Assembly: GCA_965215015.1 (NCBI GenBank)
Contig: OZ244042.1
Span: 2,240,001-2,304,000 of the forward strand
Source: Candidatus Poribacteria bacterium
GTDB lineage: Bacteria; Poribacteria; WGA-4E; PCPOR2b
Direction of reading: 5' to 3'
DNA length: 64,000 bases
Shown here: positions 30,084 through 40,780 of the stretch, piece by piece
How the letters are laid out: each line of letters starts with the position of its first letter
How positions within the stretch are numbered: position 1 is the stretch's first letter
The notes under the pieces: model-generated
What the model was told of the DNA's origin: nothing
The model's database searches: none
What the model saw: the letters and a program-made list of their open reading frames with translations, nothing else
Position numbers and translations under genes: made by a program

Positions 30084-32387
30084 TTAGGAAGGATGCGGCT
30101 CTGGCAAATTCAAGTGATGATGCAGAAAGCGAAACGTCCCTTGACCGTTAATCTCGTGTCCACTGTTAAAGAACTCAATCTCTGTCCGATTGGAGATGCC
30201 GAGATTGGCATACAAGTGTCTGACGCTTGCGTATTCGTAAGCAACCCATTCGTCCGGGGCAACACCGTCGTGATGGCCGCGCTCGACCATAAATGGTCGG
30301 GGCGCAATCAGCCATGCCATCTCCGCGTAGTTGAAAGTGTTGCCGAGATTGAACTCGGGCATCTCATATTCGCCGGTAAACATATAGCTATAGCGAGAAT
30401 CGTAGGTCGCATTTTTGACAATCCACTCATTGAAATCTGCTGAGCAGATAGATAAGGCGTACCCGTCGAGAAGTGCAGGCACGCGCATAGCGGTCTTGCC
30501 GCCGTAGGAGAGCCCGTAGAATCCAATCCGTTCAGCGTCCACAAAAGGTTGTTCCGCAAGCCACTCAAGTGTTCGCTCGTGCTGGCGGGTAATTAGCGAA
30601 AAAAGCGACCACTTGACCGGATTCGCTTTGCGCTGGATGACGCGGAAATCGTCCTGACCGATGTAGGGGTTTTGCGGCGCGTAGATCACGAACCCTCGAT
30701 TTGCTAAATCAGCACCGTAGGCGTTATACGGGGATTCGATTGTGGGATCGACTACCTCCTGCGAGCGACCCTCCAACCCGTGCTGACAGACCACTACCGG
30801 GCGACGCTCGTTCGGCTTCATCCCCTTGGGAACTAGTAGGATGCCGTACGCAGACGTCTCCTCCCAAATGTCAAGGACAACTTCATACCCCTTAAAGCCC
30901 GGCTCATCGTGAATCAGTCGAGTCCGGGGATTGGCTGGAACACTCGCTAGTGGGCATCTGCCGATAACCTCATCCCAGAGATAATTACGATAGTCTTGAC
31001 AGGTTTCCTGCCACCGTTCAATTGACGATCGGTCTGCTTTTGACCAAAGTGCCTCACGCCGAGATGCCGCTTGACGTAGCGCATCTTGTGTAAACGCAAT
31101 CAGCTGGTGAAACTGTCGATGTTGCCGTATTTCAGGCGAAAATGCTGGGCGGGTGTCCTGTGGTAGTGTCCTCGATGGGGTAAGCGGCCGATCTTGACCG
31201 AGTGCGTTAAGGAAACTCGTCAGCGCAGCATCTGATCCGGACGAACCGACACCATCGTCCGATACCACAAGGATGAGATTCTGCCCAACCCCTAATTGCT
31301 CATACACCGCATGAGCCCGATCAAATTCTGTCCTCACAGATTCCATTGGAGGCGAAACTAATCTCCCCGGCGCAGCACCGGCACGTCCATCACGTACCGG
31401 CGGAGGCCCATCGATCTCAACACCCCGACTGGCTTCAACAATCAGGGCTCGCGGTGAGATGAGACTCGCTATTTCTGCATCGCCAAATTCTTGTAACAGT
31501 GCCCAGATATTTCGATAAATCGGTTCTTTCCAAACCTCCTCACGCCCCTGAAAATAGCCGCTGACGCCCGCTGCGTCGATTCGTGTGTCCACAGCGGTAC
31601 TGTAAAGTGCCAGCAACCCCCCTTCGCCGTAGCCGATGACTCCAATTGGCGGATGGTTTTCCTGGCGGCTCATCCAATCCACCAACGCCAAGATCTTCTG
31701 CACTTCGTAGCCGATGATGTGTCGTCCCAATTCAAACGCCATACGATAGATAAATTCACGGTGAGGTTGGTTGGTCATGCGACCGATTTTCGGATTGCCC
31801 GACCATCTATCATCTCGATCTATCAACGTAGGCACGACAACCCGGCAGCCCTGTTCAACCAAGCGGCGGGCAAACTGTGCCTCCTGCGGTATCCCGTCCG
31901 CTAACCCCACAAGCATCTCCGGCGTCCAGTCCGCATCGGGGAGGGCGATTACTTGAGCAACAGGCTCACCAGCCGGTTCTAGCAGGAGTCCTTCTCCATC
32001 CACACCGTTGAATACGGACCACCCCACGGCGTACACAGTATAGCTTTCTGCTTTTGCAATTTCAGCTGCCTGTGCCGTTGTTGCAATATAGTGGAGGGCA
32101 TCAATCGGTGTCCTTTCATCCACGCAGCCGATATACTGTTTGAAACGTTCACGATTTGACGCAATTGAGGCAGTATAAGCCTCGTGTGAGTGATAATCTC
32201 GCTGCCACAGTTGTTGCCGCGATTCGACAGAATCCGCCACTGCTTGCGCCACAAATTTGTCCAAACTCATTACCATTTGGGCGGCGAGATCGCCACCCAT
32301 CGTTAAAGGATTTGTTCCCGGTAACGTATCAACTTCCGCCGATAATGCTGCAGCCAAAAACCCAAAACCAAATGTAGAAGTATTCAT
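30084..32387 (-). CDS. Tandem alpha/beta-hydrolase (dienelactone-hydrolase-like) protein
   Basis: Two similar halves; first elbow GYGEGG (no Ser), second GLSYGG; QHGLEG; C-terminal GHEING. Confidence 0.75.
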   Translation of the reverse strand: MNTSTFGFGFLAAALSAEVDTLPGTNPLTMGGDLAAQMVMSLDKFVAQAVADSVESRQQLWQRDYHSHEAYTASIASNRERFKQYIGCVDERTPIDALHYIATTAQAAEIAKAESYTVYAVGWSVFNGVDGEGLLLEPAGEPVAQVIALPDADWTPEMLVGLADGIPQEAQFARRLVEQGCRVVVPTLIDRDDRWSGNPKIGRMTNQPHREFIYRMAFELGRHIIGYEVQKILALVDWMSRQENHPPIGVIGYGEGGLLALYSTAVDTRIDAAGVSGYFQGREEVWKEPIYRNIWALLQEFGDAEIASLISPRALIVEASRGVEIDGPPPVRDGRAGAAPGRLVSPPMESVRTEFDRAHAVYEQLGVGQNLILVVSDDGVGSSGSDAALTSFLNALGQDRPLTPSRTLPQDTRPAFSPEIRQHRQFHQLIAFTQDALRQAASRREALWSKADRSSIERWQETCQDYRNYLWDEVIGRCPLASVPANPRTRLIHDEPGFKGYEVVLDIWEETSAYGILLVPKGMKPNERRPVVVCQHGLEGRSQEVVDPTIESPYNAYGADLANRGFVIYAPQNPYIGQDDFRVIQRKANPVKWSLFSLITRQHERTLEWLAEQPFVDAERIGFYGLSYGGKTAMRVPALLDGYALSICSADFNEWIVKNATYDSRYSYMFTGEYEMPEFNLGNTFNYAEMAWLIAPRPFMVERGHHDGVAPDEWVAYEYASVRHLYANLGISNRTEIEFFNSGHEINGQGTFRFLHHHLNLPEPHPS

Positions 32388-32407
32388 AGAAGAGCCGCCT
32401 CCACGTT

Positions 32408-33595
32408 TTATACAACCCCATCCTTTTTCAATTCATTAACCTCTTCCATTCCTAACCCCAACAAGCCGGTCAAAACCTCCGATGTATGCTCACCAAGGTG
32501 TGGCGCGGGGACATCAATTTGACCCGGTGTCTCTGAAAGTTTGATCGGCATCCCCGGAATCTGAACGGTGCCGGTTGTGTCATGCTTGACTTCAGCGATC
32601 ATATCTCGTGCCAGCACTTGAGGGTCGTTTGCCACCTTATCAACGGTATTTACCGGACCACACGGCACACCAATCGCCTCCAACGCTTCAACCCACGCCT
32701 CAGTCGTGCGGCCGCGCATGATTTCAGCGAGAATTGGAAAAAGGGATTCATGATTCTCGGTGCGCAGCGCATTTGTATGGAACCGCTCATCGTTAATCAG
32801 CTCGGGACGATTGACATGTTCACAAAACTTCCGCCACAGCTCATTGTTTCCGATTGCGATTACCACATAGCCATCGGCGGACTCAAAAATCTCAAACGGC
32901 GTTATTGCCGGATGCCGTCTACCCAACGGGCGTGGAATGTCGCCGGTGGAGAAATAGCGAACCATTGCGTTTTCCAAGATTGCTACCTGACAATCTAGCA
33001 TCCCAACGTCAATAAGTTGTCCTTTACTAGTTTGATCGCGATGCCTAAGGGCGGAGAGAATCCCGATAGCGGTAAACAACGCCGACGTTATATCACCAAT
33101 CGAAGTCCCCACACGCACGGGTGGACGATCCGGCTCGCCGGTTATACTGATGATTCCTCCCATTCCTTGAATAATCATGTCGTATGCCCCCCGCATTGCA
33201 TACGGGCCCGTCTGGCCAAACCCTGAACAGGCGGCATAGAGCAGAGACGGGTGGTGTGTCTTGAGCGACTCGTAATCCAAGCCAAGTTTTTCCATTGTCC
33301 CAGGTCGAAAATTCTCGACAAGGATGTCCGATTGCTTGACCAATTTTAGGAAGAGCTCCTTACCACGTGGAGCCTTCAGGTTCAAAGTAACACTTTTTTT
33401 TCCTCGATTGACGCTCATAAAGTAGAGGCTGAAGTCGTTCTTGAAGGGACCGAAATCCCTTGCCTCATCTCCGCTCCCCGGCTGCTCGATCTTAACTACC
33501 TCCGCGCCAAGGTCCCGCAAGATCATTGTCGCGTAGGGGCCTGCTAAAATGCGCGTGAGATCTAAAACCCGTATTCCTTTTAATGGACCTGTCAT
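32408..33595 (-). CDS. Family III CoA-transferase (CaiB/BaiF)
   Basis: PLKGIRVLDL, LAGPY, NRGKKS, ENFRPG, SGFGQTGP, APHLGEHT. Confidence 0.96.
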   Translation of the reverse strand: MTGPLKGIRVLDLTRILAGPYATMILRDLGAEVVKIEQPGSGDEARDFGPFKNDFSLYFMSVNRGKKSVTLNLKAPRGKELFLKLVKQSDILVENFRPGTMEKLGLDYESLKTHHPSLLYAACSGFGQTGPYAMRGAYDMIIQGMGGIISITGEPDRPPVRVGTSIGDITSALFTAIGILSALRHRDQTSKGQLIDVGMLDCQVAILENAMVRYFSTGDIPRPLGRRHPAITPFEIFESADGYVVIAIGNNELWRKFCEHVNRPELINDERFHTNALRTENHESLFPILAEIMRGRTTEAWVEALEAIGVPCGPVNTVDKVANDPQVLARDMIAEVKHDTTGTVQIPGMPIKLSETPGQIDVPAPHLGEHTSEVLTGLLGLGMEEVNELKKDGVV

Positions 33596-34089
33596 CTATT
33601 TTCCTTCCAACCATCATCTGGTCATTTAATAACCTAAGTTGCTGCCTATTCTCATCAGGCGGGTTTTTTATCTCCCCTCCGATAGTAAGTCAGGCGTCCT
33701 AGTCCGACCCTCAAAGCAATATGTCGTAATCTCCGCAAGAATTAAAAAAGGCTCAACGGCTTTTCTTTTTTCTCGATAAATCTGTCCCGATTTCGTTGAT
33801 GCGATTAGGGGCACTGAGGGGTTATGGGTCGGGCAATAGGTCTATATTCATAGCTCGACACAGAACTGTCGATTTTGGAAAATTGACCTAGAGCAAGGCA
33901 CTCACAAGGGTTGCCCCTACACACATTGACCCAATGTAGGAGCAGGTCCTGTGCCTGCCCAAAATACTCTCGGAACAGAGATAAGTTCAATTTGTCAAAT
34001 ATCAACGCGCCCTAGCAACTTGCGTTAAAATGATAACATTTTCGACAAAAAAGTCAAAAAAAATCGTGGCTCATTTAAATAAAAAGGAA

Positions 34090-34207
34090 TAGGACTTACG
34101 CAGTTGAAGGCTCAAAGCCTTGTCGCCCGGTGATTTATCACCCCCTGACACCGTTGCCAACGCTCGATGAATCTGGCAACTCCAGCAGAGACTCCATAAG
34201 GAGGCCG
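34090..34207 (+). mobile_element. MITE family A, partial copy
   Basis: TAGGACTTACGCAGTTGAAGGCTCAAAGCC...ACTCCATAAGGAGGCCG, near-identical to 35217 and to the reverse complement of 39300-39416. Confidence 0.75.
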
Positions 34208-34331
34208 TTCGGTCATGAATTAAACAGATTTTGGGGTTGACGGAGGAGACAATGGTGTGTTAAGATTCATAAAGTAAAGGCATTGACTGAGCATCGTTGA
34301 ATGGAGCTTATGTAAGAAAGGAAAGATATTC

Positions 34332-34850
34332 TTGCCAAAAAGAATTGCCGTTTACCCTGGCAGCTTTGATCCGCTCACCAATGGTCATGTGGATCTGATA
34401 GATCGAGTTTCCGCGCTCACTGTTTTCGATGAGTTGACTGTGTTAATCGGCATTAATCCCACCAAGAAGACGCGTTTCACATTGGCAGAACGGATTGAAA
34501 TGTTGGAAGGTGTCATCCAACCTTATCCGCACGTCACCATTGACCAGTATTCAGGACTCACGGCACAATATGCACAGGAGCGCGGTGCCTCCGCAATCAT
34601 TCGAGGGCTGCGAGCATTCTCGGATTTTGAAAACGAGTTTCAGATGTCACTGATGAATCGCCAAATCGCGCCACAGGTGGATACGCTGTTTATGATGGCA
34701 AATACTAAGTATGCCCATTTAAGTTCAACACTGGTCATGCAGGTGGCACAGATGGGAGGGCTCAAAGTGAGTAATGAAAAGCTGTTAGAAATGGTGCCGC
34801 CGGTTGTTGTTGAGATGCTAACCCAGAAATACGGCCCGCCGATAGATTAA
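34332..34850 (+). CDS. coaD: Phosphopantetheine adenylyltransferase
   Basis: YPGSFDPLTNGH, IIRGLR, DFENE, LSSTLV; TTG start. Confidence 0.97.
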   Translation: MPKRIAVYPGSFDPLTNGHVDLIDRVSALTVFDELTVLIGINPTKKTRFTLAERIEMLEGVIQPYPHVTIDQYSGLTAQYAQERGASAIIRGLRAFSDFENEFQMSLMNRQIAPQVDTLFMMANTKYAHLSSTLVMQVAQMGGLKVSNEKLLEMVPPVVVEMLTQKYGPPID

Positions 34851-34889
34851 AAATGTCAATTTAAATAAATAGAGTGCAGGAACCATATC

Positions 34890-35180
34890 ATGCGATTTCT
34901 CCAACCTTGTCTATCTATTCTCGCGATTTTTATGCTACTGATTAGTCTATATCGATTTGTAGAAGGGTTTCAGAATTGGCAGGAAGCCCGCCAAATCAAA
35001 CGACGTTCTTTGGAAGAGTTAGCAGCACTCGAGCGTGAACGAGATCGTCTGAAAATTCGGGTGGAAAAATTGGAGACGGATGAACTCACGAAAGAGCGAT
35101 TGGCACGACGGCTTAGCTATATTAAGCCCGGCGAGATTGTATACAAGATTGTTCCATCTCCCGATACACCCCGCAAATAA
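34890..35180 (+). CDS. Septum formation initiator FtsB/DivIC family
   Basis: N-terminal TM, coiled coil, ERLARRLSYIKPGEIVY motif. Confidence 0.88.
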   Translation: MRFLQPCLSILAIFMLLISLYRFVEGFQNWQEARQIKRRSLEELAALERERDRLKIRVEKLETDELTKERLARRLSYIKPGEIVYKIVPSPDTPRK

Positions 35181-35216
35181 AGCCACCCCATTGTGCGCCA
35201 AATCTTTTATTTTCTT

Positions 35217-35334
35217 TAGGGCTTACGCAGTTGAAGGCTCAAAGCCTTGTCGCCCGGCGATTTATCGCCACTGGGCACCATTGCCAACGCCCGATAAATC
35301 GGGCAACTCCAGCAGAGACTCCATAAGGAATCCG
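35217..35334 (+). mobile_element. MITE family A, partial copy
   Basis: Near-identical to 34090-34207. Confidence 0.75.
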
Positions 35335-35384
35335 TAGGGAATAACTATCGGAATTGTCTCAGTAGCTCCCCTCTGAAATCTTGC

Positions 35385-36533
35385 TCACTGACCAATCCGT
35401 CGCAATGGATAAAACAGACAGGCAGCTACCGCAAGGAGGATGCCTGCGGAGATCCAGCAGAAGATTTGGAAGGTTTCAGGCGTATACAGTTCCCCAGCAA
35501 AAGGAGGTCCCAATACCCGGCCGAGGCTAAGAAAAGCGTCCATCACGCCGATTGTGGCACCTTGACCAAATTTGGTTTGCTTAGAAATCCACGAGGCATT
35601 TGTCGGGCGGATAAGTTGATTGCCGATTCCAGCAATTGACAGGTAAAGGGTGAGCATCGCCAATGCTTTGGGCCAAGGGAGTAGGGCCAGTCCCACAGCG
35701 TTAAGCAGCAACCCGATGATAATCAGTTTGAACTCCCCAAAAACGTTAATCAGTTTTCCTAAAACACTACCCTGTAGTAAGGCAATCAATGTCCCCATAA
35801 TGACTAACATCCCCCCTAGCTCTTTTGCACCGTAGTTCAGTCGATCTTTGATAGATAATGGAAGAATCGTCTCCAATCCTGAAAAGGTAAACGCTGAGAA
35901 AAAAGCAACGAGAAAGAGCGGTGTCAGAGGGTGATTCATCGCTGACCAAGGAGAGATAATTGCTTCCCGCGTATCGGGAAGTCCGGTGAGTTTGAGAGAT
36001 TCCGGCAAAAAGCGTAAGGCAAAGCAGAAAGTGGCTAAGGACAACCCACCGGCGAGGAAAAATGGTAGACTGTGGTTGCCGATAATCCCACCGATGCCGG
36101 GGCCCGCAATAAAACCTAACCCCATCGCAGCACCCATCAGGCCCATTCCTTTCCCCCGGTCCTCCTCTGCCGTGACATCCGCAACGTAAGCCATTACCGT
36201 TGGCAGGATAGCTGCAGAAAACACGCCGGATAAACCACGCGCGATGAATAGCCAAGGCAAACTCTGCACTGCACCAAACAGAACCAGCGCACCTGCATTA
36301 CCAACAAGCCCTATCAGGATTGCAGGCCTCCGACCATATTGATCTGAGAGACGCCCCCACACTGGCGCAAAAATTAATTTCATCGCTGAATAGATACTTA
36401 TCAGGAATCCAATCTGTGAGGCACTTGCCCCCAACTCCTCCGCGTAATACGCCAGATGTGGGAGGATGACACCTAAGCCAAGCATGACCAAGAACATGGT
36501 CAGAAATAGGGCTATTAAGGCACTTTTTTTCAT
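35385..36533 (-). CDS. MFS transporter (TetA/DHA1-like)
   Basis: Motif A GRLSDQYGRRP, motif C GFIAGPGIGG, many hydrophobic helices. Confidence 0.93.
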   Translation of the reverse strand: MKKSALIALFLTMFLVMLGLGVILPHLAYYAEELGASASQIGFLISIYSAMKLIFAPVWGRLSDQYGRRPAILIGLVGNAGALVLFGAVQSLPWLFIARGLSGVFSAAILPTVMAYVADVTAEEDRGKGMGLMGAAMGLGFIAGPGIGGIIGNHSLPFFLAGGLSLATFCFALRFLPESLKLTGLPDTREAIISPWSAMNHPLTPLFLVAFFSAFTFSGLETILPLSIKDRLNYGAKELGGMLVIMGTLIALLQGSVLGKLINVFGEFKLIIIGLLLNAVGLALLPWPKALAMLTLYLSIAGIGNQLIRPTNASWISKQTKFGQGATIGVMDAFLSLGRVLGPPFAGELYTPETFQIFCWISAGILLAVAACLFYPLRRIGQ

Positions 36534-36695
36534 TCGTTATACCACCTATAGTATGTAAACAGCTTCCAAATAGGTATTGGAAATAGTCAATTATAGAAGT
36601 TCGGGAAATGCACCTCAAGCCCAAAAATTTCGGGCTTTATTCCAAAGCAGAATTAGTGTAAAATTAAAGATAGAACGTAACATAAGGAGATAAGG

Positions 36696-37931
36696 ATGAC
36701 GGTTAATCAGTTAAAAGGCAAAACTGTTGGAGCAGCGGTCTCAGGTGGGCTTGATAGCTGTACCATCACACAGTGGCTAGTTAATAATGGGGTTAATGTG
36801 GTCTGCTTCACGGCAGATCTCGGGCAGCCCGATGAAAAAAACATGAACGAAATTTGTGAACGAATGCTTGCATGTGGTGCACAAGAGGCGGTTATCGTCG
36901 ATGCAAAGGATGAACTGGCAATGGCGGGGATCAAGGTCATCCAATCCCAAGCGAAATATGAAGGGGGATACTGGAATACGACCGGGATCGCTCGACATAT
37001 CACTGTAGAGGCACTCCTGCCCGAAATGGAGATGCGGAGTATCAATATATTGGGACACGGCTGCACCGGTCGAGGCAACGATCAGGTGCGGTTTCAGATT
37101 GCAACCAATATGTTGAATCCCGATTTTGAGGTTTATGCTCCGTGGCGCGATCCAGCATTCCTTGAACAGTTTGGCGGCAGGAGAGAGATGATCGACTTTT
37201 GTAATGCACACGGCCTGCCGATTCGAGCGACCCATGAAAAACCGTACTCCACCGATGCAAATATGCTCGGTTTAACCCATGAGGCGGGCAGATTAGAATC
37301 TCTCAAAACGCCTGCCGGCTTTATTACACCAGGCATGGGCGTTCACCCCAAGGACGCCTCCGATGAGATTGAACACTTCACGGTCACCTTTGATAGAGGG
37401 ATACCACTGGAGGTCAACGGGAGTCCGGTGATTCCCTTCCAGGCCCTCGCAGAAGCCAATCGCATCGCCGGAAGAAACGGTGTTGGCATCGGAATCCACA
37501 CTGTCGAAAATCGGTTCGTTGGAATTAAGAGCCGAGGGGTTTATGAATCGCCGGGGATGGAACTGCTTGGCCGGTGTTACGAGTTCCTGCTTCAACTCAT
37601 CTTGGATCGACGATCGCGGCGTGTTTTTGATCAGGTGTCAGGGGTTGTAGCTGAACAAATCTATCAAGGCTACTGGTTCGATACTGCCACCCAATCGATG
37701 CTCGCTTCCATTGAGCCTTTCACTCGCATGGCTTCTGGAGATATTACCGTTGCACTGTATAAGGGAAATATCGCATTCCACTCTGCTGTCGGTGTAACGC
37801 ATTCGCTCTATTCGGAGGAGACCTCCTCAATGGAAGCGATTGGCGACTTCAACCACGCGGATTCAGAGGGGTTCTTGTCTGTGCTCGGCCTCAGTGCGAA
37901 GGCGTTGTCTGCCGCGGGACAGACTAAGTAA
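36696..37931 (+). CDS. argG: Argininosuccinate synthase
   Basis: SGGLDS, HGCTGRGNDQVRF, YSTDAN, VENRFVGIKSRGVYE. Confidence 0.97.
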   Translation: MTVNQLKGKTVGAAVSGGLDSCTITQWLVNNGVNVVCFTADLGQPDEKNMNEICERMLACGAQEAVIVDAKDELAMAGIKVIQSQAKYEGGYWNTTGIARHITVEALLPEMEMRSINILGHGCTGRGNDQVRFQIATNMLNPDFEVYAPWRDPAFLEQFGGRREMIDFCNAHGLPIRATHEKPYSTDANMLGLTHEAGRLESLKTPAGFITPGMGVHPKDASDEIEHFTVTFDRGIPLEVNGSPVIPFQALAEANRIAGRNGVGIGIHTVENRFVGIKSRGVYESPGMELLGRCYEFLLQLILDRRSRRVFDQVSGVVAEQIYQGYWFDTATQSMLASIEPFTRMASGDITVALYKGNIAFHSAVGVTHSLYSEETSSMEAIGDFNHADSEGFLSVLGLSAKALSAAGQTK

Positions 37932-38024
37932 CGGCATCGCCCGACAACCTTCGTTTATTGCTCGGCTAAAAATATCTCCCCCATTTTTTCCTTACCTGCA
38001 AGTTCACACATACCATGGGACCGA

Positions 38025-38507
38025 ATGACAACCATTAAAACAAAAATCACCGACATACTTGATGCACACAAAATCTCGTATCGATTGTTACGGCACAGTG
38101 AACCCGTTTTCACCGTTGAGGAAGCGGCAGCCCAACGCGGCGTGTCCAAAGACGAAATGGTCAAATCCCTCCTGCTCCGGGACAAAGATGAGCACTATGT
38201 CATGGCGTGTGTGCTGGGCTATTCACGCGTCAATCCGAAGGCTGTCCGTGCCTACGTCCCCAAGGAGTGGAGACGATTGAGCTTTGCTACAGCGGAGGAG
38301 ATTTTGTCTGTGACGGGCTGCGTCCAAGGTGCCGTTGCACCGTTGGGCCTGCATGATAGTGTGCCCGTTATCTTTGATGAAGCGATTGCACGATGCCAAA
38401 AAGTTAATATCAGCAGTGGCGATCCCGCGGCGGGTCTGGAACTTAACGCCCAAGACTTAATCAAGGCTACTGATGCTCAAATTGCCGCCATTGCAGACTA
38501 CCTGTGA
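38025..38507 (+). CDS. YbaK/EbsC aminoacyl-tRNA deacylase family
   Basis: TVEEAA, VKSLL, TGCVQGAVAPLG, ISSG. Confidence 0.92.
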   Translation: MTTIKTKITDILDAHKISYRLLRHSEPVFTVEEAAAQRGVSKDEMVKSLLLRDKDEHYVMACVLGYSRVNPKAVRAYVPKEWRRLSFATAEEILSVTGCVQGAVAPLGLHDSVPVIFDEAIARCQKVNISSGDPAAGLELNAQDLIKATDAQIAAIADYL

Positions 38508-38558
38508 AAATCCGAGTGTCCTAGCACAGGCGCGGTGTTCCTACAGAGTGCCCCACCC

Positions 38559-38966
38559 CTACTCAATCGTGACCTTTACCTTCCGGTCCGGTCTCTCGTG
38601 CAGATGACCTCCCGTCCCGGGAAGCGCGACGCCTAAGCGCACAGATGGTTTACCGCCCTTGGGAAAGATGTGATGAAAGGTCATTGCGGGTACATAGACG
38701 AAATCCCCCGCCTTCGCGTGAACCGGTTGATCTTCACGCCCTTCGATGATCCAATCAATCTCCCCTTCAAGTACAACCCACCATTCGTCGTAGTTGTGGC
38801 AATGATTATCATTGATTTGACCCGAATTTTGATAAATGACTACACCTGCCACATGGTCGGCGAGGACAACCGAATGAGACCAAGGGGGTGGCCCCATTTC
38901 TTTCTTAATCTCTTCGAGACTAATACTGTTAAGCGTTGCATCTAGAATTGGATTGTTCAGTGCCAT
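38559..38966 (-). CDS. Cupin domain protein
   Basis: HCHNYDEWWVVLEG and GDFVYVPAMTFH cupin motifs. Confidence 0.88.
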   Translation of the reverse strand: MALNNPILDATLNSISLEEIKKEMGPPPWSHSVVLADHVAGVVIYQNSGQINDNHCHNYDEWWVVLEGEIDWIIEGREDQPVHAKAGDFVYVPAMTFHHIFPKGGKPSVRLGVALPGTGGHLHERPDRKVKVTIE

Positions 38967-39189
38967 AGAATTTCTCCTTAAATTGAGATGTTTGAAAAGT
39001 CCAACTGCTTTGTTATACCTAAATTAGGGGCTGACTAGTGACGAGTTGATTCGTTGCATCAACAACCGAATTCATCTACATTTACGCGCCTCCCACTTTA
39101 GCAAGCATACACTTCAGTGTAACACTAAGTTCAGTCTAAATCAAGCAAAAGTTTGGCTCGATCGCAGCCGCAAGCCCACAGTTTTATTG

Positions 39190-39217
39190 TTGACAACGAA
39201 TTGATAACGCGTATAAT
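39190..39217 (+). promoter_or_regulatory. Sigma70 promoter TTGACA-16-TATAAT
   Basis: Both consensus hexamers upstream of the enolase-superfamily genes. Confidence 0.7.
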
Positions 39218-39254
39218 GGAAAAATCACCCGCGATGGAAAAAGAAATTCTTTAT

Positions 39255-39417
39255 TAGGAGTTACGCCCTTCAATAGGGAACACCGATTGTTATGCCCCGC
39301 GGCCTCCTTATGGAGTCTCTGCTGGAGTTGCCCGATTCATTGGGCGTTAGCAATGGTGTCCAGTGGCGATAAATCGCCGGGCGACAAGGCTTTGAGCCTT
39401 CAACTGCGTAAGTCCTT
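39255..39417 (-). mobile_element. MITE family A, full-length copy
   Basis: TAGGAGTTACGC ... GCGTAAGTCCT termini; 39300-39416 is the reverse complement of the 34090/35217 copies. Confidence 0.78.
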
Positions 39418-39444
39418 AGAAAAATAAAAGAAGGAGACTAACGG

Positions 39445-40572
39445 ATGAAAATTGTTGATGTACAGACATTTCTGGTCGAGAACATTCCCCCCTATCAAGG
39501 CGGACGCCGCTGGCTGTTCGTAAAACTGATTACCGATGAAGGCATTGAGGGAATTGGAGAATGGTCAACCGGTCAGACTGGTAGAGAAAAATCGTCGATT
39601 GAGCTAATCAAGGATTTGGCAACACAGTTTGTCATTGGTGCTGACCCGTTCAAAATCGAATTGTTGTGGCAAAAAATCTATGCGACTGATCACGATTTCA
39701 GGCACCCCGGGTTGGCTCTGACGCCGGCCTTAAGTGCGATTGAGATGGCGTGTTGGGACATCGTGGGTAAAGCCCTAAATCAACCTGTCTATAATCTGCT
39801 CGGTGGTCAATATCATGAAAAATTGAGGGCTTATGCCTACATGCCGCACGGGGGGATATGGGAGAACCCCGAGAAGGCAGGCGAAATTGCCGCTGAATTG
39901 ATGGAAAAGGGCAACACCGCAATGAAGTTTGATCCGTTCCCAATCTTTCCCGCGCCGCGGGATATTCCGTTGAAAGATATCGCACATGTAGGCGAAATTT
40001 TTAGGTGCATCCGAGATGCGGTCGGTTATGAGGTGGAAGTTGGACTGGGCACCCATGGACAATTGACGACTTCCAGTGCAATTCGGATTGCACAGATGCT
40101 AGAACCATACTATCCTTTCTGGTTTGAGGAACCGGTGTCATTGGAAAACGTTGATGAGATGGCGCGAGTGGCATCGCATACCAGTATTCCGATTGCAACC
40201 GGCGAACGCCTGCTGACCAAATACGAGTTTGTCGAGGTCTTTCAGAAACAAGCAGCACAGATTATACAACTAGATGTGGGTCACTGCGGAGGTATTCTGG
40301 AGTCTAAGAAGATTGCCAGCATGGCGGAGGCACATTATGCAAGCATTGCACCCCACATGTACTGTGGGCCCGTTGCAGCAGCTGCCGCCGTTCAGGTGGC
40401 AACATGCAGTCCAAACTTCTTGATACTGGAGTTTAATCGGACCACTCTCCATGCCGACATTTTTCAGGAGCCTATAGTGTTTGACAACGGCTACGTTGCC
40501 CCACCAACGGCACCGGGGCTAGGAGCTGAGTTGAATGAGGAGGTTCTCGCGCGGCATATAGTTCAGTCTTAA
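39445..40572 (+). CDS. Mandelate racemase/muconate-lactonizing-enzyme family (acid-sugar dehydratase-like)
   Basis: TDEGIEGIGE, AIEMACWDIVGK, KFD, WFEEP, ATGERL, APH, PGLG. Confidence 0.92.
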   Translation: MKIVDVQTFLVENIPPYQGGRRWLFVKLITDEGIEGIGEWSTGQTGREKSSIELIKDLATQFVIGADPFKIELLWQKIYATDHDFRHPGLALTPALSAIEMACWDIVGKALNQPVYNLLGGQYHEKLRAYAYMPHGGIWENPEKAGEIAAELMEKGNTAMKFDPFPIFPAPRDIPLKDIAHVGEIFRCIRDAVGYEVEVGLGTHGQLTTSSAIRIAQMLEPYYPFWFEEPVSLENVDEMARVASHTSIPIATGERLLTKYEFVEVFQKQAAQIIQLDVGHCGGILESKKIASMAEAHYASIAPHMYCGPVAAAAAVQVATCSPNFLILEFNRTTLHADIFQEPIVFDNGYVAPPTAPGLGAELNEEVLARHIVQS

Positions 40573-40780
40573 TAATCAATGGTGTTAGTTTGCGGCTGTT
40601 GAGACACTCTCTGATCAGAGACTGGGAGTGAAATGTGAAGCATAGGGTAATACGTCAGATTAAAGACTCTCGGAACGGAGAGAAAATTTTACGCATTATT
40701 CCTTTGAATGAACCAATAAACTCAATATCCTCACCAACTTGTACCAAAGGTTAATATGTTTAGGGGGTAAAGAAACTTCT

